DNA of 64,000 bases from the human T2T-CHM13v2.0 reference genome, Homo sapiens. The stretch lies in assembly GCF_009914755.1 (NCBI RefSeq), contig NC_060937.1; one strand, written 5' to 3'. Position numbers and translations under genes: made by a program. Below, in pieces: positions 28,437-42,699 of the stretch; position 1 is the first letter of the stretch, and the number at the start of each line of letters is the position of its first letter. The notes below the pieces were generated by a model. That model was not told where the DNA came from. It saw nothing but the letters and a program-made list of their open reading frames with translations, and made no database searches.

Positions 28437-30718
28437 TTATAGGAATGAAGAGCAGTTTTACGGTTCAACAAATAAGTAACGGTTATGAAAATATTAATAT
28501 TAGTAATAAATTAATGGTATATGACTGTCTGTCTATCTAATCTGGCTTACTTAGGCGTTCATGTACCCTATTAATCTTTTATTAAACTATGAGTTAAGTT
28601 GAGATTATATTAACAAATATGCACTAAATGTTGTAATAAAAGTATGAATTTACCATTTTATGTGGGTTGAGTTAGGTTATTAAGGTAAGGAGTTGCTATC
28701 ACATAAAAGATTACTACTTTACTTCTATGTGAGATTTTCTTGAAACTTAAATAGCATTAAGAACCATGAAAGCAGCACATATTCAACAATTGTAAATCAT
28801 TTTAATTCTAATAACTCATTGTTACTACCTCTACCCAACCTCAGCATAATAACTGAGAGGGAATGGTCAAGAAAAGTAGGTCAAACACCAGGAATTGTCT
28901 CTTAGTTCATAGAAAACATTTATCATACTGCCTCTACTGGAGACAGCATGAATAAGAAAATGTTAAGAGTCTTATAGGATCACTGAGATGTTAGGATAAA
29001 AAATTAGTATTTTTGAGCAGAGAATAATGAACACATGTATAGATTGTACCTGTCATATCTAGCACATTTCATCCCAAATCATCAGTCACTGGGCATTTTT
29101 CTGTTTCTTTAGACTGACAGAGATCCCTCCAACTTCAATCTTTGTAATATTTATACGGCCACAATTCTAAATCATTTTCTATTACACAGCATCTGAGATG
29201 TATAATTTCTGCCATAATGAGTAAATTTTTCTTTCAATTCTAAATGTTAATGTACTTCATTAAAGTGACTAATATCTTCCCCAAATCACCTGTTTTGTTT
29301 GTGTTTCGGTAATGCTAATTATGAGGATTTCCAAAATATATGACTTAAAAATGATGCAATTAATAAGAAGATCATGCAATAATGAGATATTTGTTTACCT
29401 GAAAATAAGAGATCAATAATTCAGTAGTCCATATGTTGTATTTATAGTATGCTTGAGCCGTATACAATTTATAATTGAGTTTCAACTCTATAATTAACTC
29501 CATAATTTACATGGCATTTTAAGAGGTTATAGTACAGATGATACACATATATAATTCATCATTGTGCACATCTTTGTGTGTAATATGCTATCTGCTTCCA
29601 CAATGATCTACTTCCCCATAATAAAATGTCTATTCTTTATCTGATTCCACTGAGTAAAAGATGCCAATAAATAACGCACAGACAAATAAATGCAACAATA
29701 ACCAGATAACAAAAACCAATAGATCAATATGGATGTGCATTAGTGTCTGCGTTTCAGAGGTGGTTTAACTTAAAGAAAAGCTCAATTTCACATTCATGTT
29801 TTGCCCTCTTCACTATTTCAACATCTGCTTTCGCAGTTGTACTAGTAAGAAAGGGTCTTTGGAATCTTTAAAACACTTCATAAAGCAAAATACAGGTAGT
29901 AGAGAGGTAGTAGATTATTTCCATCTGAAGTAGTTATAGAAACCACTCCAATTGTGGTTGGAAAAAGCCACTATAAATTATATGAAATAGAATTAATAAA
30001 AACATGCTTAATACTATCAGAGGAAATTAACAGAGTAGCTGTAAAGCATTCAGAATAGGTTATATCCCTGATTTCTGATTGTTTTTAAAATTTCAAACAA
30101 TAATCTCAATTTATTTTGAAAAAGCATTTGTTTTTGTCTGGAAGATTATCTGCTAATATAAAGAGTGCTACAGAAAAATAGCAGTATGTAGTTGGCAAAA
30201 GCAGAAATTCTGGGTTACTTGTTCCATGTTTGTGCTATACATTACATTCAGAGAGATAAGCAATGCTTAGGTTTAGACAAATTAATGTATGTAATTCATT
30301 GGCTTGTTTACTAATTTGCAATAAGAAGTGTAGAGGAGACCAGTGGGTCCTGACTTATTTTGCTTGATCATTCTCTTCCTGTAAACAGAAAATGGGGGTT
30401 TGGGGATTGGGAGAGTAGAAGAGTGAAAGGACTTGAGTGGGTATTAATCTAATGTTAGCTTTGTAAATAAGGAGTCAGATCCCAGTAAGATTCTACAACA
30501 GGCAGATGGATTCATCTCACATTATAGGCAGTTTTGCTGACAAAACTGAAATCCTCAAATCTATTAGCTATGATTCTTCTCCCTGGCATTGCTTGGATGG
30601 GCAATGTCAATATTTATCTCAGGGACTCTCCTGATTATAAAATTTCTTGGCTGACCTACTTTTTTCTTATTGACATGTTCTTCTTTCAGATATGCTCATA
30701 TATTCAATCAGCTGTACT

Positions 30719-30918
30719 CAGTGGTAGAATTACCCTGAAGCTAAGAAGCTTAAGCTTCTCACTTGAACAGGCCTCTTCAAAGCCTGGGGAGAAGCCAGAA
30801 CAAAGTGTCCACATGGTAATATATTTTTATGAGATTTTCAAAACTAACATTTATTTCTGAAAGAAGGTCTTTCAAATTGTATATACTTCAGGCCTCAGAA
30901 AACCCAGATCTGTTCCTA
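30719..30918 (-). mobile_element. MER53-like hAT-type non-autonomous DNA transposon
   Basis: GAAGCTAAGAAGCTTAAGCTTC...CAAATTGTATATACTTCAGGCCTCAGAAAACCCAGATCTG resembles my recollection of reverse-complement MER53/MamRep consensus. Exact family uncertain. Confidence 0.6.
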
Positions 30919-31113
30919 GTTTGGTTAAATATGGTGGTCCTAGCCTGGGAGCTATTTTTCAAATCACAGTGATTTTTCATGTGTATATTCTGATATTAGA
31001 GCTTAATTTTTATGAAATTATCTAATTTTCTTTATTTTTTAACTCCTTAGAGGACTTCAAGGTGTTTCCCAGTTTCTTACACCATATGGCAACTTTAAAA
31101 ATACAATGAAGCT

Positions 31114-31508
<395 letters not shown>

Positions 31509-32189
31509 TCAGTGTATATACAATCTGCTCTTTAAATGGCCCTAATTTTTGCAGACCGCCTTTAACATTGCCTTTAGAACAGAGCAAAATGTACAATCAG
31601 CTTGTAGTCAGGCTTCCATCTCAAATCTCTTAATTGTTCTTTAGTGTGATATTTTCAGAGTAGGTGCATATATCTATGTATTAACAATGTCAACTCTTCC
31701 TAGATCTGATTCTCAGAACAGAACTTCCTAAATGCCTCATATGTACATATTGGTATGTCCAACACAATTTATAAATATGTATCTATTTATTTACACAGAC
31801 CCACACTTCTCAAGTAGAGCAAGACAGAGATCATTTTGGTATTCCCAACAGTGATCAAAATAATCAGATCATGTTAACGCATACTGTTGCTATTCATAGC
31901 TTAACAACTTTAATAACTACAGATTGTTTTTCATATTAAAAAACAGTTGAAAAAGGGTACATTGATTTTATTTTGATGATGGGAAGCAATAGGAAGAATA
32001 GAACATGTGTCTCTCACTACTGTGCTTTTTAAAAATATGCTCAGGGTCAAAACATTCTGGAAATAAATATTTTAATTGCTAAATTGGGGTTCACACACTT
32101 AGCAGAATTAAAATGTAAGTACAAAGGTTAGAATTCATATTTGCTAATTTATCCTGAGACCCGTTCAAACTGAGAGAGAAGTTGCTATA

Positions 32190-32400
32190 TAGAACACTTT
32201 ATAAGGTGCTTTTGTATATGTTGTGTTACTCAAGCCCCACAAAATCCTGTTGTGTCAAGTTTTATTCGTGTACAAATTGGTGTTCGGAGGGGTTAAATAA
32301 TTTAAAAATACTCATAGTATACTATTTTGTTGAGGGGGGATTTCAATGTAGGACTCCAGATGTAGTTAATTTTGATTTCATAATCCACTATGCCATGCTG
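32190..32400 (-). mobile_element. MIR fragment
   Basis: GGAGGGGTTAAATAATTT...GGATTTCAATGTAGG...TAATCCACTATGCCATGCTG resembles antisense MIR. Confidence 0.55.
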
Positions 32401-33204
32401 CTGAAAAAAAATGAATCCATGTTTATGTGTATAACTATGACGAATAGAACTAAAAGACAAAACATGTTTCTATTATTACCTGTCTCAAAACAGCTAAGTG
32501 CTAAAAGGCAAAAAATAAAAGGCATAAAAGCTATCAGCAGAGGATAATATCTAGAAAGTGTATGGTTAAGTTACTACGTGAATTATAAGCAATTTTCGAG
32601 GGAACAACCAAAATGGTTCAAACTTTACAATAAGACAAAAGCACCAAAAGAAATGTTGGTCCCCAAAATAAACACCAGGGTTAACACTTCCTATGGTGAT
32701 GGAAGGTCTGAATTTAAGCCTGGCCTACAAGAAAAGTTTTAATATTTTCTTGAGCAAATTAATTTTCTCTTTGCAAATCCTTAGTAGTACCTGGCTTGCA
32801 GCGTGGACCAGACACTCCAGAACCACAGACATGGGATTGTTCCAAGTGCCAGCCTAGACATGAACTAAGACAAACTCCAAGACTGAGGTTGAGTGATCAA
32901 GAACATTGTTGAGTTATTTCACATGCACAAGTTTTGTTTTTATCTAAATTTACAAAACTTAGTTAATATGGGCTAATGTATTTCTTATCCTCAAACAGGA
33001 ACCCCACATATTTTAATAATCAATCCCGAAGATGTAGTCGAAGATGTGGTTTAATAGATTGCAATTTGGTCCTGGAGATAGCCGTAGCTGGGCTTTGGTC
33101 CTAACTCAACTACTCTGTAGCTAGATGGACTTAGACAGGTCATTAATATTCCCGTGAGTCAATTCCTCATTTTTTTTCAAATACTAATATAATGGATTAA
33201 AGAT

Positions 33205-33569
33205 TGCTGTGGTTTGAAGGTATCCCTCCAAAATTCAGGTTGAAACCTAGTGCCCATTGTGGTGTTATTAAGAGGTGGGGATTATGGGGGAAGTAATTTA
33301 GTCAGGAGGTCTCTGCCCTCATGAGTGAGATTAGTGTTATTATGAAAGAGATTGAGGAGGGCTCCCTGGGCCCTCCACCATGTGAGGACTCAGTAACAAG
33401 GTACACTCTACAGAGCAGAGGGTGAGCTCTCATGAGACACTGAACCTGCTGGTAGCTTGATCTTAGACTTCCTGTCTGCAGAACTGTGAAAACTAAATAT
33501 CTGTTTTTTTAATACATTATCCAGTCTAAAGTATTTTGTTATAGTAGCCTGATTGGACCAGTTTGAACA
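33205..33569 (+). mobile_element. MSTD/MLT1A-like MaLR solo LTR
   Basis: TGCTGTGGTTTGAA...CCCTCCAAAATTCA...TTAAGAGGTGGGG...CCACCATGTGAGGAC...TTGATCTTAGACTTCC...CAGTCTAAAGTATTTTGTTATAG. Confidence 0.8.
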
Positions 33570-34062
33570 ACAAACGTGATAATTGCTCAACATGGTGAAA
33601 ATAGTAATGAAAAAGGAGATAGCCAAACGTTTGTATCAAGTTTGTTTAAATAAAATATTTGAAAGATATTCTAGACCTTTCTTTAAATAACTACAGTTAA
33701 GTTGCTCACCATTAAAATGTTATTAGCATACTACCTTGAAAATAAATCCAAGTCATTTTATAAGTATCCATAGTGAAGTTGTTCAGTCAGGAATATGATT
33801 CACAACAAATAGGAGGAAAAAGATTGATGAAAATACCAGTGGTTTAAGTAAAATCAAGCGTGGCAGTTCCACAGAAGAAGGAAGTATCTGTGGACTTTAT
33901 GCTATAATTAAATATTCCTTCTACTACTACAACATTCAGATTAACTGTTGATCACCCAGCTACCATGTTTTAGCTCTTAGGATGACTAAAGCATGACTGG
34001 GAAGAATCAATATTAAATGTTGTTAACTGTATTTAACTTAGGACCATTTCCTAGATTTCATC

Positions 34063-34383
34063 TATTTATTTTTTATTTTTATTTTTTTTTGACACAGGGT
34101 CTCACTCTGTTACCCAGGCTGGAGTACAGTGGTGCTATTTCGGCTCACTGCAACCTCCAGGTTCAAGTGATTCTCCTGCCTCAGCCTCCTGAGTAGCTGG
34201 GTTTACAGGCACGTGCTACCATACCTGGCTAATTTTTGCTTTTTTGTTTTTTTTTTTTTTTTTGGTAGAGACAGGGTTTCACCATGTTGGCCAATCTGGT
34301 CTCAAACTCCTGACCTCAGGTGATCCACCTGCCTCGGCCTTCCAAAGTGCTGGGATTACAGGCGTGAACCAACATGCCCAGCC
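34063..34383 (-). mobile_element. AluS (Sx/Sz-like)
   Basis: Antisense Alu dimer with perfect 17-bp TSD CATTTCCTAGATTTCAT at 34045-34061 and 34385-34401. Confidence 0.93.
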
Positions 34384-35599
34384 TCATTTCCTAGATTTCA
34401 TTTAAAGGCTTATCTAGTAGACAATGTAAAAATAAAGAAAATGTTTATTTTGATATACAGTACCAGTAGTTTTTTATAAAAAATGGACACTTTTTTCTTC
34501 TAAGACCACTAAAATCCTAATGAAAAATCATATATACCACATAAATTTCTGCTATAAAATGCAAAGTTAAGATTTTAGGGGGCAAATCTGGCAAGAGACT
34601 AAAATGTCAAATATATTCTGTGAAATGATGTTTAATTTTCAGTTCCCAGTTATAAGCCATAACAAACTCAAAGCAGTAAGTAAAATTAGGATAGCAATAA
34701 ATTCTGCCACACAATAAATCCCAAGAGAGAAAATTATGATAATCAGAGTAATTAAAGAATATAATAGGAACTTGATAATTGTATAGTCTGGGTCCAAAAA
34801 TCCAAATGGAATCGTGGGTATACGCAGGGGAAAAAAAGCATAAGGTGGAATGAGATAAATAGCAGTAAGTTAGTCCATTACGTCTGTGCACCTACACTGA
34901 ATGGGACTGTATCACAATGTTACAATCACTGTTATACACGTAAAAAATAATTCATTTATGAAAAAGCTTCCAAGTGTAATGGGTTATAACCATTAGCATT
35001 AATTTAACACAAAAATTATTTGCGCACAGGAGTTTCAAGTGCTTTTAATGAAGTATGTATGAAACCGTCATGCTGTTGTTGTACAGGCTGTGCTGATGAT
35101 ATTTGACTAATTTGGGAATAATTATAACGTGATAAGGAAAAACAATGTAATGAACTTCCATTTCCTGAAGTGAGGTCTTCTGAAAACCAAGTCTCACAAG
35201 GTGGACTGTGGAAAGGGCACTGAACTCAAACATATCTTGAAAATTCAACACATTACCTATTCTCAGCATGGACTTCATAATGTACATTGGCATTTTACAG
35301 TCTCTCTGAAGTCCTGCAGTAAAGATATCTGTTTATCTTAGTTTAGTCTAGTGTGTTTTGTATCACCTATTAACATTTACAGAACGTGCAATATGCTTTG
35401 AAAGGTGCTAAATTATAAAAGCTTTCTGAGTATATTTATGTCTGAGCGTGGATATTTTAGTGTTTTTTTTTCTTACTGTAGCATGACAGAACTCATGTTC
35501 ATCCACAACCATATCCTGACTCATATAAAAACACCTGGAATTTAGAGAACAATATATACATTTAAAACTCTCTGCATTTCAGCTGGCAATATACTCTTG

Positions 35600-35900
35600 A
35601 ACTATTAGCAGCTGCTCCCATTCTGAAATCAAGAAACTTGACATCACTGCTAGGCCTCTCATAGCCAATATCATTTACACCTAGTCAGTAAGTAAATGCT
35701 CCAATAACTTTCTAAACACATTGAATCCTGTATCTTTCTTTGTGCCCTTCCACTGTCTCCTGTTATAGTGCTGCTCTCATTCTGCCTCAAGTACTAGAAA
35801 TTCCTCATATCTCCCAGAACCTCCAATGACACGAGCATCCAATTTATAACTTCACTGTGGTTTCTAATCATTTTCTGCAGGAATAAATTTATGAACACGG
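35600..35900 (+). mobile_element. L2 fragment
   Basis: Pyrimidine-rich tract with AAGAAACTTGACATCA... pattern typical of the L2 3' region; very diverged. Confidence 0.4.
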
Positions 35901-36606
35901 ACCTCAAGGGGACATCCTAGTCTGTTTCATCCTCTTGGGTATCATTTATCTTCCACCATTATCTAAATATACTTTCTGTAAGGAAGACTTAATACCCTCC
36001 CTATCTTCTGCAGTACTTAGAGTGACCTAGATAATCACGGACATTTGCCAGTACTGTCATCCATGTGTGAATGGCCTCATAATATTAAGAGGTAAGTGCT
36101 GCTTGGCTTTTGAGTATTTGTTTTCTTAAAACTGAGGCTACGTATCAGGCATGTGTGTATACCAAATTAGAATGTCCTCTACAATAATTGTATGGTTAGA
36201 ACATAACTGCACTCAGTGTTTTATGTTTGGCAATAATAATGGCTAGCACATAATGGTCATCTCACTTAATGAGGTATATACTGTATCTCCATTTTACAAA
36301 TGAAAAAATCAAATCGCAAAGAGATTGAGCTTGTTGTTCAGGCTAAACAATTATAAAGTACTGCAGAGACAGACTTCCCCGGAAGCCATGGTAGACTATC
36401 CAGGGTCACTCCTTACACTACAATGATTATTAATTGGACCCTATTGGTTTAGGTAGGCCAAGTAGAGTTACTTCCCCTGAAATTCTCCTGTGAAAGAGAT
36501 TCCTGTCTGAGTGTCTGCTGATCTTTTGAATGTGTGATTAGTGGGGTAGCCATTTTCTTCTTTGTGGACAAAGACAAGCAGAAAAGAAAAAAATTAAACA
36601 CCTATG

Positions 36607-36984
<378 letters not shown>

Positions 36985-38441
36985 TCATACATTCTCATAA
37001 TATAATAAATCCTCCCACATTTTTTTTTGGCTTGAGTAAGTTAGCATTGCTTTCTATTATATGCAATCAAACATTTTCTAATTAATATTCTAGGGGTACC
37101 TCATTCTTTATTTGCCCTATATTATATGGTGTTTTCTTCATATCTGCTTCTTCAGCTTCTTATTCAAAAACAAACAAACAACAAAAAAAGAGGGAGTTAA
37201 CAGGCCCCTCCAGATCTCTGAAAGAAGAGGTTTCCATATATAACATCTTATGGAAAAGAGATCTTCACTTAAGAAATGTATAATTGTTTGTAATTTAAAT
37301 TTTCAGAATAAAATTTTCAACAGGGCATAGCATTACATTTTACAAATTCAGGGAAGTGATATAGGAAAATTATACTAAAGGATTTGTCGGTGTTTCATAC
37401 AACTATTAATGAGAGTTATTTCAGTACTCTGTTTAAAAATTCAATTGCAAATAAAGACAAGTAGCTAAGCAAAGCATTGACTGTGGTTTAAGGCAAGGAT
37501 TTCGCTTGGAACCAGATGGCCTGAAGAAGAAAACTGTAGGGCAAAACCATAAATCATAACAGAAGAAGACAAAGAGGACAAGGAAGCAAGTCAAAGAGGG
37601 TAAAAGAGGTTGGGTAACAAAAGATCCAAAAAGAAGCAAAAGAGAAGGGGTAAAAGGAAGGGCACAGTAATAAAGGGAAGGAGAGGTTTGCCAGCACAGT
37701 GCAACATGCCCAGAATACTAATGAAAAGCTGTAGCACTGGAGAGCCCAGAACCAAGGAGCAATGGTAAAAGGCCACACAACAGTTGGACAGTTTTTAAAA
37801 GTCGCATTGTGCCAGAGGCTTGTAGCAATTCCCATCCCAAGGATAGTCCTTTAAAATGTAAAGTACATGGTTTTCCTTAATTGGAAGTTATTCTTTAAAA
37901 GCAAGCTACAAAATTTAGAGAAGAAAAATGTGACAACAGAATGCAGTGAATGAAGTAAAGAAATGAAAGTCACCAGTGGGCAAAATTAATCAATTATCAA
38001 GTTGAGTGCGACCAGGAATTTTTCTTTTTTCTCTTTAGAAAATTTACTGATTCTTTCCAAATGACCTTGACTGCATGCTTCAGCATCGCTACATAACAAT
38101 CTAATACTGAATGTCTGTACACAATTCATTTGATTGTTGTTCACTTCAGGTGTTATTTAAATGAGCCAAAAACAATATTTAAGTGAGCTGTGTCCTTGAA
38201 GAGACAGGTTAAATTTGGATCAGAATTACCATGGAAAATATGAAAAAGCATAGGGCTTAAAAAATGGCCACTAGCAGTCAGGAAAACCATACCCCTGCTT
38301 CATCTAAGGGAGCAACAAAATAATTCTATACACATTGACATGGATATCAATCTTTACATTTCTCTCCTTATCTTTTCCACCTCTATTTACTCCCATGACT
38401 ATCTTATCTATTGCAAGAGAATGAAGGTGCAAAGTCTCTAT

Positions 38442-38861
38442 GTCCAGACCATATGTGATAATACAACTCTGACCTACAAATGATGTCCCGGAAGCCAAAC
38501 CACAATCTCTGCAGCCATTCTTCCATAAAGGTCAGGACTTCGTCAACAAATCCTCCTTATTTTGGCGCCCTACTCCCATCCCTCACCTTTCCAACTCCAG
38601 ACCAAACAGAGAGAGCCAAATAACCTAACCTGAAACCAATCACATAAGATGCTTCACTTCTAGTTAGCCTATCTCCAGCTTCCCTATGTTAACAACCACC
38701 AATCAGAGCTTATCTAGTGTCTCTCCCAAAATTTGCCCACACTTCCCTACCTGCCTTGAAGTCTGCAAAGCACAAGTGATGGTGGCTGACTTCCTTGATA
38801 TAGTAAGCTCTGAATTAATGGCCTCTTTTTGTTCTTATTTGGGTAGTCATTATACAGTTCA
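38442..38861 (+). mobile_element. Probable old ERV solo LTR (family unresolved)
   Basis: TG...CA bounded, about 420 bp, C-rich, two CCAATCA boxes (about 38636 and 38699), and an AACTCTGACC...AAGCCAAACCAC opening reminiscent of ancient ERV LTRs. Confidence 0.55.
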
Positions 38862-38884
38862 ACCAATGTTTGAGATTTAAATAT

Positions 38885-39440
38885 TACATAGTGCTGATGA
38901 CTCCCAATATCATATCTCTAGCCCATAATTCTCTCCCAGATGGCTGACTTCCTCCACAAAATTCACACTCAGAAATTTAATGGGTTCCTTAAACTTAACA
39001 TGTCAAAAATACACCCCCACACTCCCTAAATGCTCCATCACTCTGATTTCTTAGGTCCAGTTTGTTATATAATTGTCGATTTCTCTCATTCTCACATGCC
39101 CTCCATCTAATTCAACAGCAAATTCTGTTGGCTCAACTTTCAAAAGATATCAAGAATTTTATTTAATTATGCTATTTTACCATTACCTACTTGGTTGATT
39201 GTCCAAGCTATTATCACCTCTCATCTGGATTAGTGTAATAGCCTTTTAATTGATCTCCCTGCTTCTACCCTAAGCCTGCTGTTGCCTATCAAGACCACAG
39301 CCAGAATGATCTTCTTAAAGTGTCAGTCAGTTTGGCACTTATTTTCTTCCCTTTTTACACAGAGTGAATGACAAGCTTTTAATTTTTTTCCCAAGATCCT
39401 ACATGATTTCATCACCAACACCCTCCTTCTCCTAGTTACC
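38885..39440 (+). mobile_element. L2 (L2a-like) fragment
   Basis: GCTGATGACTCCCAA (relic of the RT xADD motif), AAACTTAACATGTC, TCACCTCTCATCTGGATTA, CTCCCTGCTTC and CACAGCCAGAATGATCTT are L2 hallmarks. Confidence 0.75.
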
Positions 39441-39849
39441 TCCCAGCGACTATTGTTTAGACTGTGATAGGTACTTTTCAATGGCTAGAGGATGTTCTAG
39501 GATAGAGTGTGATTTTTTTCAAAGTGTTAAAGGATACATTTCAAAAGAGAGTATAATCATAACTTTAATAAAAGTATACAATAAACATGTTTCAGATAAT
39601 TTGTTTACATCATTAACTCACAGTTGAACCAGTAATGAATGGGGTTCAAATGAAAATCAAAAGAGCAGAGGCATGTAAAGAGAATAAAGAATTCTGACAC
39701 GCATTTACAAATAGAGGGGGAACAGAACTACCCAAAGGCAATAATCAATTTTATTCCCCTGGGACAATTAACTTACATCTCTAAGGAAAAGTATCATTTC
39801 CATTATTATCACTTTTCTACAGCCTGTAGAGTTGTAAAGTAGCCTAATA

Positions 39850-39938
39850 TTAGGTTGGTGTTGGTTTAAAATAGCCTAATATTAGGTTTTGCATTAAAAG
39901 TAATGCCAAAAATCACAATTACTTTTGCATCAACGTAT
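39850..39938. mobile_element. MADE1 (Hsmar1-derived MITE) with damaged left TIR
   Basis: TTAGGTTGGTG start; right half ATTAAAAGTAATGCCAAAAATCACAATTACTTTTGCATCAAC matches MADE1. Confidence 0.8.
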
Positions 39939-40898
39939 ACAATGACAGGGAATAATGCTTCATATGGGTGAGCTAGATAGGATACTTGCCAATCTATTTC
40001 TATTTTTTTAGATTTAAAAATGTTTTACAAGTTTTCCTGTTAAAAGGAAGAGAGAGAGAGAAGGGAGAAAGAGGAGACATACACATTCCTACATTGGAAG
40101 GAACTGGATAATCTTTCTTTAAAATTTGAAAAAGGCAATATGGAACAGTCACCAAAATGTTCTGAAGGAGAAAGGTTGGAAGAATTCAGGAGAAAGAGTC
40201 AGAGTTGTAATAGGGAGGAAGCAGCATTGAAGACAAAGGGTGGTCTTGACAAACAAAAACTTTTAGTGACAAGTTGCACAATGTAAAGAAAAAGACATAA
40301 GGAAAAATGCAATTAGATGGTAAAAGAAGCATACAAACTCAGAGGGTAATAACAATGGATAAGTAAGTGAATCTGTTTAAAGCATAACATTAGAGTGAGA
40401 AGATCCAAGAATGCACTGTACACAAGTCCCTAGAGGCACACTAAGTCACTGTGACTCTCATGGCTCTGAAAATAAATTCTCATCTCTGTGAGGCCCAGAT
40501 GTTTTAGGGCTTTGGTGGGATTTCTGCTCCACTTATTCCCCAAATTACCTCCAAATAATCTTGCAATGCTTGAAGTAGCTTGAATGAAAAGTTGTTTTTT
40601 CCTCCCTGCGTACCAAAGACCTCACATAAAGCACCATTCATGTTGGTATCCAATGTCTTGCACGATTCTTGAAGTGCAGTATGTTTTAAATAAATGTCTG
40701 GAGAACTAAACTAACTTGCATAGATTTAATCAACTTTCTCAGTTAGCCATTCTGGCTTTGAAAGACTGCTGATTATCTCAAATATTTTCATATTCACCAA
40801 AAACAAGAAGCTTCCATCCTACTTTATTAGCCTACTTGCTTGCCTTATTTCTGACAAATTCCTAAGTATTTGGATTGTTTTAAAAAATCTAAAACTGG

Positions 40899-41210
40899 AG
40901 CCAGGCAGTGGCTCATGCGCATAATCCAGGTGCTTTGAGAGGCTGAATTGGGAGGATTGCTTGAGGGCAGAAGCTCACCATCTTGGGCAACAACCTGGAC
41001 AACATAGCTAGATTCCATTTCTACAAAACATTTTAAAAATTAGCCAGGTGTGTTGGCACACACCTGTAGTCCTAGCTACTTGGAAGAACGAGGAATATCC
41101 CCTGAGCCCAGTCCAAGGCTGCAGTGAGCTATGATCATGCCACTGCACACCAGCCAGGATGACAGAGTGAGCTCCTGTCTCAAAAAAGGTAAATTAAAAT
41201 AAAATAAAAA
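40899..41210 (+). mobile_element. AluJ (Jo/Jr-like), diverged
   Basis: GGGAGGATTGCTTGAG...AAGGCTGCAGTGAGCTATGATCATGCCACTGCAC; A-rich tail. Confidence 0.88.
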
Positions 41211-42699
41211 TTTTAAACCCTTAATAAGATCGTAATTTACACATTAAACTTATATTCTCTTCTAAATATAAGAGGAGAGTTCATGTTTTTAATTTGCTAT
41301 CTGCTTAATAATGAAATTTAAGCCCCATTGTTCATTGCCTATCTTTCCTTCTATGCTTTCTTTTTCAAAAAAATAAAATGATAAAGAAGAGATTTACAGA
41401 AATTATTACACTAGTGGGGAAAAATGCCACTAGAGTCTGCTACAAAATATTGAATTTTAAGGGAAGTTAAATTAAAATATATTATATTTTTGTGGCCAAA
41501 ATATTACTATGTTTGTGTGTGCCTATTATGGACGTATAGAGAGATAGATATAGGCATAGACTTAGATATAGACTAGATATAGACACAGAGGCACACATAT
41601 GATAAGTAAAACTAAATTATTATCCTCTCTCTCATCTTACATTCTTCCTTTCTCTTCCAAAAATGATGTTTGATATTGAAATTAATATAAACTAGGTACA
41701 AAATAAAAAGAATGCCTATGTTTCATTTTTTCCAGTGGGGTCTCAGTATTGAAGAATATCATATCTAAATTAAATGATGTTAAGGCATACGTAAACTTAG
41801 AGACTACAGAAGTCTCTAGTAGTAGTTCACTTCTAAGATGTCGTAGTGGCAAAGAGCTCATTGTATTGAGAGACAGCCATTGTATTTACTGATGAATATA
41901 AGTATTATAAATTTATTTTATTTCAAAATATGTCTCTCCATACTTTCATTTAACATATGCCTCCTCACACCAACTTGGTCATCCAGAGTAATAAAAAATA
42001 AACATAATCTCTATTTTTCATAATAAGCCTTTAGATATTTAATGATATTTGCCATAGCCTTCCTAAAGACATCTCAATGCTATTGACTATCCTTTGTACT
42101 ATATGGTGTACATACTATTCACTACTTCAGTTATGCTGTTTGACAGCCCTGGTTTTGCCGCATTATTTTAAACTTAGGTTGTCAATCCCTCTAATAAACT
42201 TCCTTTGTACACTGGAGTTTCCAAATCATTTTTTGTTCCTCATTCAACATATACATTTTAATCTAGTTTTTGACTAATTAGGAAGGTATTCCAGCAGTTA
42301 GCATGCTGAGAATTTGCTGAAATTTAAAAAAATGTATCCGTTTCCGAATGTTGTTTACTAAAATCATAGTAGTGCTGACCATAATTATTAGTTTTAGTGA
42401 ACCCAGGCTGGCTCCAGGTGATCTTTCTTTCCTAAGTGGTCATGAAATTCTGGATTCACAGGGATTCTATTTTTTGGCATTGAGTTATTGTTTCTGCTGT
42501 TGACCCTTATGCAAATGAGCACATTTACCTAACTTTAATCTCTCAGTTCTGTTCCTCTCCTACTGATTTCCAGACTAAGAATGCCTTCAAATAACCAAGT
42601 ATATAATTGTCTGATTCTGGAAACAAAATCTTTCTGTAGTAATCCATTACTCTAATATTATTTTCCTACTTAGACTTTGACTCCATCATATCTTTCTTT

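Noticed and set aside
37433-37835. Purine-rich tract giving three overlapping hydrophobic minus-strand ORFs
   Set aside because: A/G strand skew suppresses stop codons on the opposite strand; no coding signature or splice context.
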